Below, piece after piece: positions 26,687 through 36,656 of a stretch of 64,000 bases of DNA (positions within the stretch are counted from its first letter, which is position 1; every line of letters starts with the position of its first letter). Source of the DNA: Alistipes senegalensis (GTDB taxonomy: Bacteria > Bacteroidota > Bacteroidia > Bacteroidales > Rikenellaceae); the NCBI GenBank assembly GCA_023664045.1, contig JAMPGH010000001.1, forward strand, positions 717,693-781,692. Reading direction: 5' to 3'. Made by a program: the position numbers and the translations under genes. Below the pieces are notes generated by a model, which was given only the letters and a program-made list of their open reading frames with translations, ran no database searches and was not told the DNA's origin.

Positions 26687-29600
26687 ATGTTGCCGCGTCT
26701 CCTTTTTTTCCTTGCCGTGCTGTTGCCTTTTGGGGGTTCCGCCAAAGAGCGGCAGTATGCTTTCCGTCCGCTGAACGTCGACGACGGACTGGCACACAAT
26801 ACCGTGCTGGCGATCATGCAGGATCGGACGGGCTTCATGTGGTTCGGCACGAAGGACGGCCTGAACCGTTACGACGGTCAGGAAATACGGACCGTCGCCG
26901 CGGTCGATGCCATTCCCGGCAACAACTACATCACGGCGTTGTGCGAAGATGCCGAGGGGAAGATCTGGATCGGCACCGATGCCGGCGTGTGCATCTACGA
27001 TCCCGAGACCGAGCGGGCCGAGCGCTTCCTGCAGCCGGCCGACGACGGCTGCGTCATCAAGGGCAACATCCCGCAGATCGTCATGGCTCCCGACAGCACG
27101 GTCTGGATTCCGGCCGGATCCCGGGGCTTCTTCCGATACGATTCCCGTTCTCGGGCTCTGACGCATATCCGCGGCGAACGCTCCGGCACCCGGCTCTATA
27201 CGACCCGGAACCTCTGTTTCACGGCGCAGAACACCGCCTGCCTCGTACTCGACGACGGAAACATCTACCTCTCCGACGACGGACTGGGGAGCATCGTCCC
27301 GCTTTTCGCCGACGGCGGCACCGAAGCGTTCTGCGACCGCTTCGTCAAGAAGATCGTGCCGGGGACCCGCAACCGCATCTACGTCTGCTCGTCGCGGGGG
27401 CTTTTCGAGGTCAATCTGGCGACCCGGCGTTTCCGCAAGATCGTCCTGCCGCACAGCAACGACTACGTCCGCGACCTGCTGGCCGTGCGCAGCGACGAGA
27501 TCTGGGTGGCTACGGAGTCGTGTCTCGAAATCCTCGACGGCCACCTGCAGGAGACGGCCTTTTTCTACGCCGATAACAAAAGCCCCTATGCGCTGCGGGA
27601 CAATTCGATCTACTGTCTGTGCAAGGACCGTCAGGGCGGCATGTGGGCCGGTACCTATTTTGCCGGCGTCGCCTATTCGCGGGCCGGGGCCTCCGCTCCC
27701 GTGCGGCGTTATTACTCGAATCCCCTCGGCCGGAATCTGGGGTGGCACGTGCGGGAGATCGTCGCCGACGAGGACGGCGACCTCTGGATCGGCACCGAAT
27801 CCAAGAGCCTTTTCCGTTATCGTGCCGTGAGCGACGAGATCGAACCCGTGTGGGACGACGAACTGCTGTCGAGCAACATCCACGGTCTTTGCTGCGACGG
27901 CGACTACGTTTGGGTCGGCACGTACGAGCAGAGCCGGACGCTGATCCGCATCCATCGCCGCACGCTCGCCGAGAAGAGCTATCCGAGCGCCGGCAAGGAG
28001 ATCTACACCATCTGCAAGACGGCCGCCGGCGATCTGTGGATCGGCACGACCTCCGGGCTGAAGCGTTACGACCGCACGGGCGACCGCTTCGTGGTCGATA
28101 CGGCCGTTCGGAGCCACATACACCATCTGCGGGAGGACTCCGCAGGCAATCTTTGGGCGGCGACCTATTCCGACGGACTTTATCGATACGATGCCCTGAA
28201 TGCGACGTGGCAGCACTTCGTCTACGACGAGCAGAACCCCGCTTCGCTGGCTGCCGACAAGGTGCTGAGCGTTTTCGAGGACAGCCGTTCGCAGCTCTGG
28301 TTCACCACCGAGGGCGGCGGGCTCTGCCGCTATCTTCCCGAGCGCGGCGATTTCGTCCGTTACAAGAGCGATTTGCCTTTCGATACGTTGTATCGTATCG
28401 AAGAGGACGACGCCGGACTCTTCTGGATCACATCGAACAAGGGACTGGTGCGTTTCGACCCGGAGAGCCGGAACTATTTCGTCTTTACGACCGACGACGG
28501 GCTGCTGAGCAACCAGTTCAACTATTCGTCGAGCTGCAAGACCCGGGACGGGCGCATCTATGCCGGCTGCAGCATCGGGTTCATTTCGTTCGATCCGCGG
28601 GAGATGAAACCCGACGACGCCATGTTTCCGATCGTGCCGACCGACTTCATGCTCTATAACCGGAGCATCGGGGTGGGCGAGGGCGACTCTCCGCTCACGA
28701 AGAGCATTTCGCTGCTCGACCGGCTCGATCTGGCGCCCGACGAAAACTCCTTTTCGCTGCGCGTCGCGGCGATCGACTACCAGTCGCCCCACGAGGCGCG
28801 CATGCGCTATCGGCTCGAAGGGTTCGACAGCCACTGGCATGCGTTGCGCGGCCATACGATCTCCTATTCCAATCTGCCGTATCGTTCCTATCGGCTCGTC
28901 ATCGAGGGACTTCGCAGCAACGGCGAACCCAACGGCTCCCTGCGGACGCTCGACATCCGCATCCGGCCGCCGTTCTACCTCTCGCCCGTCGCGCAGATCT
29001 GCTATGTGTTGTTCGCCATCGCCGCGGTCGGGCTCGTCTACACGATCGTCGTCCGCCGTTCGACCCGCAAGCGCGAGGAACGGATCGAGAAGATCGAGCG
29101 GCGGAAGGAGCGGGAACTCTACGTGGCGAAGTTCGATTTCTTCACCAACATCGCCCACGAGATCCGCACGCCCCTTTCGTTGATCCGGGGTCCGCTGGAG
29201 AATGTCGCCCGCAAGGAGCGCGACACCTCCGACGAGGAGCTGCGCGAGGATATCCGCACGATGGAGCAGAACACCGACCGGCTGATGACGCTGATCGACC
29301 AGCTGCTCGATTTCCGCAAGGCCGAAAAGGGAGGCTTCAAGCTCCGCCCGGTAGAGTGCGACATCCGGGAGACGGTCCGGGCCGTTTACGACCGGTTCGG
29401 AACGATGGCCCGGCAGCGGAAGCTGGAGCTCTCGGCTTCGTTTCCCGAGGAGGAGGTGCGGGCATCGGTGGATTGCGAAGCCCTCACCAAGATCGTCAGC
29501 AACCTGCTCTCCAACGCCTTGAAATATGCCGAATCCCGCATCCGGCTCGAACTGACGGCCGAATCGGATCCCCGCCGCTTCCGGATCGTGATGACCAACG

Positions 29601-30652
29601 ACGGACAGGTGGTGCCTCAAGACCAGCGGGAGGCTATTTTCCGTCCGTTCGTCCAGTATCGCGACGGCCGGCACGTGATGACCGGTACGGGCATCGGTCT
29701 GACGTTGGCGCGTTCGCTCGCGGAGCTCCACGGCGGTACGCTCGAAATGGATCGTTCGACGGAGATCAACCGTTTCATCCTCACCGTGCCGATCGTCCGC
29801 CGCACGGAGGAGTTTCTTGCCGTGTCGCAGACCTTGCCGGAGCCTTCGTCCGACGGAGGACGGCAACCGGCGGGCGGGAACGGCGGACGGGCCGCACTGC
29901 TTGTCGTCGAGGACGATCCCGGCATGCTCGGCTTCGTATCGAGGCAGCTCGCCGGATTCTACGATGTTTCGACTGCCGAGCATGGCGCCGCGGCGCTGGC
30001 TATGCTCCGGAACGGCAGCTTCGATCTGATCGTGAGCGACGTGATGATGCCCGAGATGGACGGACTCGAATTGTGCCGCCGGGTCAAGTCCGATCTGCGG
30101 TTCAGCCACATCCCCGTGTTGCTGCTCACGGCGAAAATCGACATCGTTTCCAAAGTCGAGGGACTGGATACGGGAGCCGACGCCTATGTCGAGAAACCTT
30201 TCTCGCCCGAATACCTGCGGGCGAGCATCTCTGCGCTGCTCTCGAACCGGGAGCGGGTGCGCCGGCATTTCCTCGAATCGCCGTTCGTCCGCTCCGAAAC
30301 GCTGGCCTACTCGAAAGCCGATCAGGAGTTCATGCGCAAGCTGGACGATTTCATTCTGCGCAACATGGGCCATGCCGACCTCTCGGTCGACGGCATGGCC
30401 GACGAGATGTGCATGAGCAACTCGAACCTGTTCCGCAAGCTCAAGGCCATCATCGGCAAGAATCCCAACGAATACCTGCGCATCCGGCGGCTCAAGCGGG
30501 CGGCGGAGCTGCTGGGCGAGGAGAAGTTCTCGATCGCCGATATCGCGCTGATCGTCGGTTTTCGTTCGGCGACCTACTTCTCCACCTGCTTCAAAAAACA
30601 GTTCGGCATCTCTCCGATGGAGTTCGTCGAAAAAAGAGGCCTCCGGCCGTAA
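26687..30652 (+). CDS. Hybrid two-component sensor/regulator (HTCS, AraC-type output)
   Basis: Reg_prop repeats (WFGTKDGLNRYDG), YYY domain, TM helix, HEIRTPL, NLLSNALKY, GTGIGL, receiver DVMMPEMDG, AraC HTH (YFSTCFKKQFG). Confidence 0.97.
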   Translation: MLPRLLFFLAVLLPFGGSAKERQYAFRPLNVDDGLAHNTVLAIMQDRTGFMWFGTKDGLNRYDGQEIRTVAAVDAIPGNNYITALCEDAEGKIWIGTDAGVCIYDPETERAERFLQPADDGCVIKGNIPQIVMAPDSTVWIPAGSRGFFRYDSRSRALTHIRGERSGTRLYTTRNLCFTAQNTACLVLDDGNIYLSDDGLGSIVPLFADGGTEAFCDRFVKKIVPGTRNRIYVCSSRGLFEVNLATRRFRKIVLPHSNDYVRDLLAVRSDEIWVATESCLEILDGHLQETAFFYADNKSPYALRDNSIYCLCKDRQGGMWAGTYFAGVAYSRAGASAPVRRYYSNPLGRNLGWHVREIVADEDGDLWIGTESKSLFRYRAVSDEIEPVWDDELLSSNIHGLCCDGDYVWVGTYEQSRTLIRIHRRTLAEKSYPSAGKEIYTICKTAAGDLWIGTTSGLKRYDRTGDRFVVDTAVRSHIHHLREDSAGNLWAATYSDGLYRYDALNATWQHFVYDEQNPASLAADKVLSVFEDSRSQLWFTTEGGGLCRYLPERGDFVRYKSDLPFDTLYRIEEDDAGLFWITSNKGLVRFDPESRNYFVFTTDDGLLSNQFNYSSSCKTRDGRIYAGCSIGFISFDPREMKPDDAMFPIVPTDFMLYNRSIGVGEGDSPLTKSISLLDRLDLAPDENSFSLRVAAIDYQSPHEARMRYRLEGFDSHWHALRGHTISYSNLPYRSYRLVIEGLRSNGEPNGSLRTLDIRIRPPFYLSPVAQICYVLFAIAAVGLVYTIVVRRSTRKREERIEKIERRKERELYVAKFDFFTNIAHEIRTPLSLIRGPLENVARKERDTSDEELREDIRTMEQNTDRLMTLIDQLLDFRKAEKGGFKLRPVECDIRETVRAVYDRFGTMARQRKLELSASFPEEEVRASVDCEALTKIVSNLLSNALKYAESRIRLELTAESDPRRFRIVMTNDGQVVPQDQREAIFRPFVQYRDGRHVMTGTGIGLTLARSLAELHGGTLEMDRSTEINRFILTVPIVRRTEEFLAVSQTLPEPSSDGGRQPAGGNGGRAALLVVEDDPGMLGFVSRQLAGFYDVSTAEHGAAALAMLRNGSFDLIVSDVMMPEMDGLELCRRVKSDLRFSHIPVLLLTAKIDIVSKVEGLDTGADAYVEKPFSPEYLRASISALLSNRERVRRHFLESPFVRSETLAYSKADQEFMRKLDDFILRNMGHADLSVDGMADEMCMSNSNLFRKLKAIIGKNPNEYLRIRRLKRAAELLGEEKFSIADIALIVGFRSATYFSTCFKKQFGISPMEFVEKRGLRP

Positions 30653-30679
30653 TCATTCATTCTTGCAAATCCTGATCCG

Positions 30680-32704
30680 ATGAAAACTTCCATTCTACTC
30701 AGGCTCTCGATCGTCGGCGTTGCGATCTCGCTCTTGTCGCCGCTCCGAGCCGCCGAACCCGACGCAGGCTGGCAGGTCGTTGCGACGTCGTATGCCGACC
30801 CTTATCACGGGGTTACGCTGGGCAACGGCGGCATCGGCATCCTGCCGTGGCGCGAACCCTTTTCGATTCGCCACGTGATGCTCAACCATGTTTTCGATGC
30901 CGATGCCGAACACGGCATCAGCCGCCTGCTGCCGGGGCTCGATCCTTTCGTCCTGCATGTCGGCATCGACGGTTGCGATGTCGCCGCCATGCCTCTGTCG
31001 GAGTGGTCGCAGCGGCTCGACATGCGCGAGGCGGTGCTCCGTACGGAGTTCGTCGCCGGCGGCAAGGCCCGCATCCGCTACGACATCCGGGCGCTTCGCA
31101 GCATGCCCTATGCCGGGCTCGTGCGCGTGGAGGTCGAGGCGTTGGATAATATCCGTCTTTCGGTCGGCAATACGACCCGGGTCCCCGGCGAATATGCCGG
31201 CGCGCAATCTTCGGCGCATGAACTGACCGTCGACGGCACCCGCATTCGTTACCGTCGCACCTGGGCGTCGGCGCAGCATCGCGGTGCCGTCGTGTCGGCG
31301 TCGGCCGCCTTGCTCTTCGATGCAGCGCATGCCGAACAGGCGTGTTCGGCCGACAGCAACCGCCTCGGCATCGTGCTCGGCAAGGGCGAACGGTTCGCAT
31401 TCGACCTCGTGGGGGCCGTCTGCACCGACCGCGATTTCATCGACCCCTGGAACGAATCGGATCGCGAGGTGATCTATGCTGTCAGGGAGGGCGTCGATCG
31501 GCTCACGGCCCGCCATCGGTCCTTGTGGCAGGAGCTTTGGCAGGGCGACATCGAAATCGAGGGCGACGACGAAGCCCAGCAGGCCGTACGTCTGGCGCTC
31601 TACCACCTCTACTCGTTCGCCCGCGAGGGAAGCCGCCTCAGCATCCCGCCGTTCGGCCTCTCGTCGCAAGGCTACAACGGCCATATCTTCTGGGATACCG
31701 AGCTGTGGATGTATCCGCCGATGCTGTTTCTGAATCGGGACATCGCCGAGTCGATGATAAACTACCGTATCGACCGGCTGCCGGCTGCCCGGCGCAAGGC
31801 TCTGGCTTACGGCTACCGTGGGGCGATGTTCCCCTGGGAAAGCGACGATGCGGGCGAGGAGTCGTGCCCTACGTGGGCGCTTACAGGGCCTTTCGAACAC
31901 CATATTACGGCCGACATCGGTATTGCGGCATGGAACTGCTATTGCATGAGCGGCGACCGCAACTGGCTGCGCAGGGAAGGCTGGCCGCTGCTGCGCGAAA
32001 TCGCCGATTTCTGGACGAGCCGGGCGGAACGCAACGAGGACGGTTCCTACTCCGTGCGCAATGTGGTCTGCGCCGACGAATATGCCGAAGGAGTCGACGA
32101 CAATGCCTTCACCAACGGTGCCGTCATCCGGGTCTTGCAGGTGGCATCGAAAGCCGCGGCTCTGTGCGGCGAAAAGGCTCCGGCTGCGTGGACCGAGATT
32201 GCCGGCGGGCTGCGCATTCCGCGCTTCCCCGACGGCACGACGCAGGAATACGCGGGTTACGACGGCCGCATCGTCAAGCAGGCCGATGCCAATCTGCTGG
32301 CCTATCCGCTGGGAATCGTCTCCCGGGCGGAAGATATTCGCCGCGACCTGACCTACTACGAGCCGCGCATCGATGCCGGCCCGGCCATGTCCTATGCCAT
32401 ACTGGCCTTGCAGCATGCACGTCTGGGCGACGGCGAGAAGGCCTACGAACTCTTTTCGCGCAGCTATCGGCCCAACCGGCTGGCGCCGTTCGGCGTCATG
32501 GCCGAATATGCCGGCGCCGACAATTGCTATTTCGCCACGGGTGCCGGGGGCATGCTGCAAACCGTCATCAACGGTTTCTGCGGGCTCGAAATCACCGACA
32601 AGGGGGTGAAACAACTCCCCTCGGCGCTGCCGAAACACTGGAAGCGCGTAACCGTAAAGGGCGTAGGGCCCGAACGGAAAGACTATACGAAAACTTCACG
32701 TTAA
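30680..32704 (+). CDS. GH65 hydrolase (kojibiose / alpha-1,2-glucosidase-like), exported
   Basis: Signal peptide; YNGHIFWDTE, GAMFPWES, EHHITADI, ADEY, KQADANLLAYP. Confidence 0.88.
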   Translation: MKTSILLRLSIVGVAISLLSPLRAAEPDAGWQVVATSYADPYHGVTLGNGGIGILPWREPFSIRHVMLNHVFDADAEHGISRLLPGLDPFVLHVGIDGCDVAAMPLSEWSQRLDMREAVLRTEFVAGGKARIRYDIRALRSMPYAGLVRVEVEALDNIRLSVGNTTRVPGEYAGAQSSAHELTVDGTRIRYRRTWASAQHRGAVVSASAALLFDAAHAEQACSADSNRLGIVLGKGERFAFDLVGAVCTDRDFIDPWNESDREVIYAVREGVDRLTARHRSLWQELWQGDIEIEGDDEAQQAVRLALYHLYSFAREGSRLSIPPFGLSSQGYNGHIFWDTELWMYPPMLFLNRDIAESMINYRIDRLPAARRKALAYGYRGAMFPWESDDAGEESCPTWALTGPFEHHITADIGIAAWNCYCMSGDRNWLRREGWPLLREIADFWTSRAERNEDGSYSVRNVVCADEYAEGVDDNAFTNGAVIRVLQVASKAAALCGEKAPAAWTEIAGGLRIPRFPDGTTQEYAGYDGRIVKQADANLLAYPLGIVSRAEDIRRDLTYYEPRIDAGPAMSYAILALQHARLGDGEKAYELFSRSYRPNRLAPFGVMAEYAGADNCYFATGAGGMLQTVINGFCGLEITDKGVKQLPSALPKHWKRVTVKGVGPERKDYTKTSR

Positions 32705-32715
32705 ACCTTAACATC

Positions 32716-35256
32716 ATGAAGAATCTTTTTTTGCTGCTCTCGCTGTTCTGCCTGCAGACCATGCAGGCGCAGACGTTGCAGAAGAACGTTGCCTATGCGG
32801 ATTCGCAGGTTCGCTTCACGGTCATCGCTGACGGCGCCGTGCGGCTGGAGTACGCTCCCGACGGCAAATTCACGGATGCGAAATCGTTCGTCGCCGTGGA
32901 GCGCGAGTATCCCGCTGCGGAGTATCGCGTGAAGCGGGGAGCATGGATCGAGATCGCGACCCCGAAGATGATCCTCCGTTATAAGAAGGGTTCCGGGGCT
33001 TTCTCCGCCGCGAACCTCTCGATCCGCTCGCCGAAGGGTGCGTCCGTGCCTTTTGCGTGGAAGCCCGGCATGCGGCAGACGGGAAATCTCAAGGGCACCT
33101 ACCGCACGTTGGACGGCTACGACGGCGACACCTATGTCTACGACGAGCGGCGTCCGAAGATGCCTCTTGAGGATGGATTGCTGGCCACCGACGGCTGGAC
33201 TCTGATCGACGATTCGCGCAATTTCCTCTTCGACGGCGACCCCGAGTGGGAGTGGGTCGAGGAGCGGCCCGACAACGGCTCTCAGGACTGGTATTTCCTT
33301 GCCTATGGCCACGACTACAAGGCGGCCCTGAAGGATTTCACGCTCTTCGCCGGTAAGATACCTTTGCCGCCGCGCTACGCATTCGGTTACTGGTGGAGCC
33401 GTTACTGGGCCTATTCGGACGGGGAGCTGCGCCAGCTGGTGGAGAAATTCCGGACCTACGACATTCCGCTCGACGTGCTGGTCATCGACATGGACTGGCA
33501 CTATACCGACGGCGACCGCGGAGGCTGGACGGGCTGGAGCTGGAACCGCACGCTCTTTCCCGAGCCGGCGAAGTTCCTCCGGTGGCTCGATGCGGAGGGC
33601 ATCCGCTCGACCTTCAACCTCCACCCGGCCGACGGGGTGAAATGCGGCGAGGACCGCTATGCCGAAGTAGCCCGCGACATGGGCATCGACCCGGCGTCGA
33701 AACAGACCGTGCCGTGGGTGTCGTCGGACAAGAAGTTCATCGGGAGCATGTTCCGCCATATCCTTACTCCGATGGAGCGCGACGGCGTGGATTTCTGGTG
33801 GCTCGACTGGCAGCAGCACCCCACGGATCCCGCGGTCGAGGGGCTGAGCAATACGTGGTGGCTCAACTACGTCTTCTTCTCCGACATGGAGAAGCGCCGC
33901 GACGTACGTCCGATGCTCTATCATCGTTGGGGCGGACTGGGCAACCACCGTTACCAGATCGGCTTCTCGGGCGACGCTTCGATCTCGTGGAAATCGCTCG
34001 ACTTCCAGCCCTATTTCAACTCCACGGCTTCGAACGTCCTTTACGGTTACTGGAGCCACGACATCGGCGGGCATCACCATGCCGACCGCATCGACCCCGA
34101 GCTCTATATCCGTTGGATGCAGTTCGGCGCTCTGAGCCCTGTCATGCGTACCCATTCCTCGAAGAATGCCGGACTGAAAAAAGAGCCCTGGAACTTCGCT
34201 CCCGAGCATGCCGCGATTCTGCATGACATTGTCCGGCAGCGTTATGCGCTTGCACCCTATGTCTATACGATGGCCCGCAAGGCCTACGACGAGGGACTTC
34301 CGCTCTGCCGCCCGATGTACTACGACTATCCCGAGGCCGAGGAGGCCTACGCGTTCCGCAACCAGTATATGTTCGGCGACGATCTGCTCGTAGCTCCGAT
34401 CACGGCACCGGACAAGGAGGGCTATGCTGCCCTGAAAGTATGGCTTCCCGAGGGCGAGTGGTACGAGTGGCGGACGGGCGAACTGCTCGCCGGAGGCCGC
34501 ACGGTCGAGCGTTCTTTCGCGCTGGATGAATATCCGGTTTATGTTCGGGCCGGGGCTGTTCTGCCTACCTATACGGATGCCGTGAAGAATCTGAATGCGA
34601 ACGATGAGCCGGTCGTGCTGACGATCTTCCCCGGCGGCAGCGGCGCTTTCTCGATGTACGAGGACCACGGCGATGACAAACGCTATGCTGCCGAATATGC
34701 TGTTACGTCTCTGAAATCCGAACGCGAGGACAATGTCCTGACCATTACCGTCGGCAAGCGCGAGGGTCGCTACCGGGATATGCCCGCGGAGCGTCGTTTC
34801 GCCGTGAAAGTACTGGCTTCGACCGCTCCCGTATCGGTAACGGTCGACGGTGCGGAAGCCGACTGGACGTACCTCGGCGGGGAGTTCGCGCTTCTGGTCG
34901 GGATTCCTGAAACGGATTGCGCGGCGGAGAAAGTCGTACGTATCGAATACGGTCGGGAGACAGTCGATTTCAACGGCGTGCCGGCAGCGGCACGCCGCAT
35001 GGCCCGCACGATGGAAGAGTTCAAGTACCGCGTGGCGCAAAAGCCCTGGGAGCAGTCGTGGCGCTATACCTATACCGACGAGTTCGGTCCGATGGGTTCG
35101 CTCTCCGAGGCCGTGGAGTATGCCCCCGAACGGATCGCGCAGTCGGTCGGCGACTTCCGCAAGGCCTACGCCGATCTGCCTGCCGTGCTGAAGCGGCAGG
35201 GGCTCGATGAAGAAGAAATCGCATGGTTCCTCGCCCGGACGGGCTGGAACCTATAA
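32716..35256 (+). CDS. GH31 alpha-glycosidase (GH31_u1-like, candidate alpha-1,3-glucosidase)
   Basis: Signal peptide; WWSRYW, LVIDMDWH, FWWLDWQQ, GFSGD, WSHDIGG, RWMQFG, NQYMFG. Confidence 0.9.
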   Translation: MKNLFLLLSLFCLQTMQAQTLQKNVAYADSQVRFTVIADGAVRLEYAPDGKFTDAKSFVAVEREYPAAEYRVKRGAWIEIATPKMILRYKKGSGAFSAANLSIRSPKGASVPFAWKPGMRQTGNLKGTYRTLDGYDGDTYVYDERRPKMPLEDGLLATDGWTLIDDSRNFLFDGDPEWEWVEERPDNGSQDWYFLAYGHDYKAALKDFTLFAGKIPLPPRYAFGYWWSRYWAYSDGELRQLVEKFRTYDIPLDVLVIDMDWHYTDGDRGGWTGWSWNRTLFPEPAKFLRWLDAEGIRSTFNLHPADGVKCGEDRYAEVARDMGIDPASKQTVPWVSSDKKFIGSMFRHILTPMERDGVDFWWLDWQQHPTDPAVEGLSNTWWLNYVFFSDMEKRRDVRPMLYHRWGGLGNHRYQIGFSGDASISWKSLDFQPYFNSTASNVLYGYWSHDIGGHHHADRIDPELYIRWMQFGALSPVMRTHSSKNAGLKKEPWNFAPEHAAILHDIVRQRYALAPYVYTMARKAYDEGLPLCRPMYYDYPEAEEAYAFRNQYMFGDDLLVAPITAPDKEGYAALKVWLPEGEWYEWRTGELLAGGRTVERSFALDEYPVYVRAGAVLPTYTDAVKNLNANDEPVVLTIFPGGSGAFSMYEDHGDDKRYAAEYAVTSLKSEREDNVLTITVGKREGRYRDMPAERRFAVKVLASTAPVSVTVDGAEADWTYLGGEFALLVGIPETDCAAEKVVRIEYGRETVDFNGVPAAARRMARTMEEFKYRVAQKPWEQSWRYTYTDEFGPMGSLSEAVEYAPERIAQSVGDFRKAYADLPAVLKRQGLDEEEIAWFLARTGWNL

Positions 35257-35271
35257 AAATTCGCATGAAGT

Positions 35272-36411
35272 ATGAATATTCGTCATTGTGTCTTTTCTGT
35301 CGGCGTCTTGTTGTTCGCCGCCTGCAGCACCTCCTCGAACCGCGGCGACTTGCTCGATGCCGCGGCGTTCGACACCGAAATCGACGGTGTGCCCGTCGCG
35401 CTTTACACCCTCTCCAACGGCCGCGGTCTCGACGTGCAGGTTACCAATTTCGGGGCCCGCGTGGTTTCGATCTTCGTTCCCGATCGTAACGGCGCATGCG
35501 CCGATGTCGTCGTCGGTTGCGAATCGATCGCCCGCTATCTCGATGATCCCGAAGCTCGTTTTTCGGGTCCCGTCGTGGGGCGTTTCGCCAACCGCATCGG
35601 TGGCGGACGGTTCACGCTCGACGGCACGGAATACCGGCTGCTGCAGAACGACAACGGCAATTCGCTGCACGGGGGCGTGAAAGGTCTCGACAGCCGGGTT
35701 TGGAGCGTTGCGGAGGCCGACGACCGCCATGTCGCGATGCGTTACGTCTCGCCCGACGGCGAGGAGGGTTATCCGGGCGAGCTGACTGTGTGCGTTACCT
35801 ATACCGTTACCGACGACAACGCCCTGAAAATCGAGTATGCCGCAACGACCGACCGGCCTACGGTCGTCAACCTCTCGAACCACTCGCTCTTCAACCTCGG
35901 GGGCGAGGGCAGCGGCTCCGTTCTCGACCACGAGCTGTGGATCGCGGCGGATGCCACGACGCCCGTCGACAGCGTGTTGATTCCTACGGGTGCTTTGGCT
36001 CCGGTCGAGGGCACGCCTTTCGATTTTCGTACGCCGACCCCGATCGGGGCCCGCATCGATGCCGACGACGAACAACTTCGTTACGGACATGGCTACGATC
36101 ACAACTGGGCGCTCTGCGATACGACGGGTGAGGTGCGGCTCGTGGCTTCGTTATACGATCCAGGGAGCGGCCGCATGATGGAAATTCTCACCGACCAGCC
36201 CGGATTGCAGTTCTATAGCGGGAATTTCTTCGGGGACTCTTCCTGCGGCAAGTTCGGCCGCAAGATCGGATACCGGGGTGCCGTGGCGCTCGAAACGCAA
36301 AACTTTCCCGACGCGCCCAACAAGCCTGCATTTCCGTCGTCCGTCTTGCGTCCCGGTGAAACCTATACCCAGATCTGCATTTATCGATTCGGTGTCGTTT
36401 CAGAGATTTAG
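35272..36411 (+). CDS. galM: Aldose 1-epimerase (galactose mutarotase), lipoprotein
   Basis: Lipobox FAAC; GRFANRI, NSLHGG, NLSNHS.FNL, GYDHNW, QFYSGNF, LETQ.FPD. Confidence 0.95.
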   Translation: MNIRHCVFSVGVLLFAACSTSSNRGDLLDAAAFDTEIDGVPVALYTLSNGRGLDVQVTNFGARVVSIFVPDRNGACADVVVGCESIARYLDDPEARFSGPVVGRFANRIGGGRFTLDGTEYRLLQNDNGNSLHGGVKGLDSRVWSVAEADDRHVAMRYVSPDGEEGYPGELTVCVTYTVTDDNALKIEYAATTDRPTVVNLSNHSLFNLGGEGSGSVLDHELWIAADATTPVDSVLIPTGALAPVEGTPFDFRTPTPIGARIDADDEQLRYGHGYDHNWALCDTTGEVRLVASLYDPGSGRMMEILTDQPGLQFYSGNFFGDSSCGKFGRKIGYRGAVALETQNFPDAPNKPAFPSSVLRPGETYTQICIYRFGVVSEI

Positions 36412-36480
36412 GTTCGCTACGCCCTTGTTTCCGCCGTGGGGATACGTTCGAAAATCAATGTTCCGCTCGGTGCTCCAAAA

Positions 36481-36520
36481 TAAAAAGCCGCTTGCAAGAT
36501 TTCTTGCAAGCGGCTTTTTA
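36481..36520. terminator. Bidirectional terminator at the end of the PUL
   Basis: Perfect 19-bp arms TAAAAAGCCGCTTGCAAGA and TCTTGCAAGCGGCTTTTTA. Confidence 0.85.
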
Positions 36521-36551
36521 TTCGATCGGGGAAGTTCTCTGCCCGCCCCTC

Positions 36552-36572
36552 TTCGAGCCGAAACCGAGATTT
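36552..36572 (-). repeat. 21-bp duplicate of the tRNA-Thr 3' end (att-like)
   Basis: TTCGAGCCGAAACCGAGATTT is identical to 36730-36750. Confidence 0.85.
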
Positions 36573-36656
36573 AACTTCGCTTTGCTCGTTTTATCTCTGC
36601 TGCTCGCCGCAGGGGCGCTGTCGAGACTGCGAAAATCGCTGCGCGATACATGGCCC

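Larger units (their letters stand above)
6596..36411. other. Divergently transcribed polysaccharide utilization locus (PUL)
   Basis: SusC/SusD pair, HTCS, six glycoside hydrolases, esterase, mutarotase and surface lipoproteins, tightly spaced and bounded by terminators. Confidence 0.9.

Noticed and set aside
24950-30373. 1807-aa minus-strand ORF and many other long antisense or alternate-frame ORFs (e.g. 2189-4669, 42759-45095, 45546-48260, 54892-57222)
   Set aside because: They shadow well-supported genes and have no family motifs; high GC3 codon bias depletes stop codons in the other frames
31342-32715. N-terminal extension making GH31 a 1304-aa protein; similar extensions on CotH (24014), the O-acetylesterase (8905), the alpha/beta hydrolase (50903), murA (40773) and pepP (48994)
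   Set aside because: The extensions overlap upstream genes or promoters out of frame and are Arg/Pro-rich noise; the true starts are marked by signal peptides or conserved N-termini
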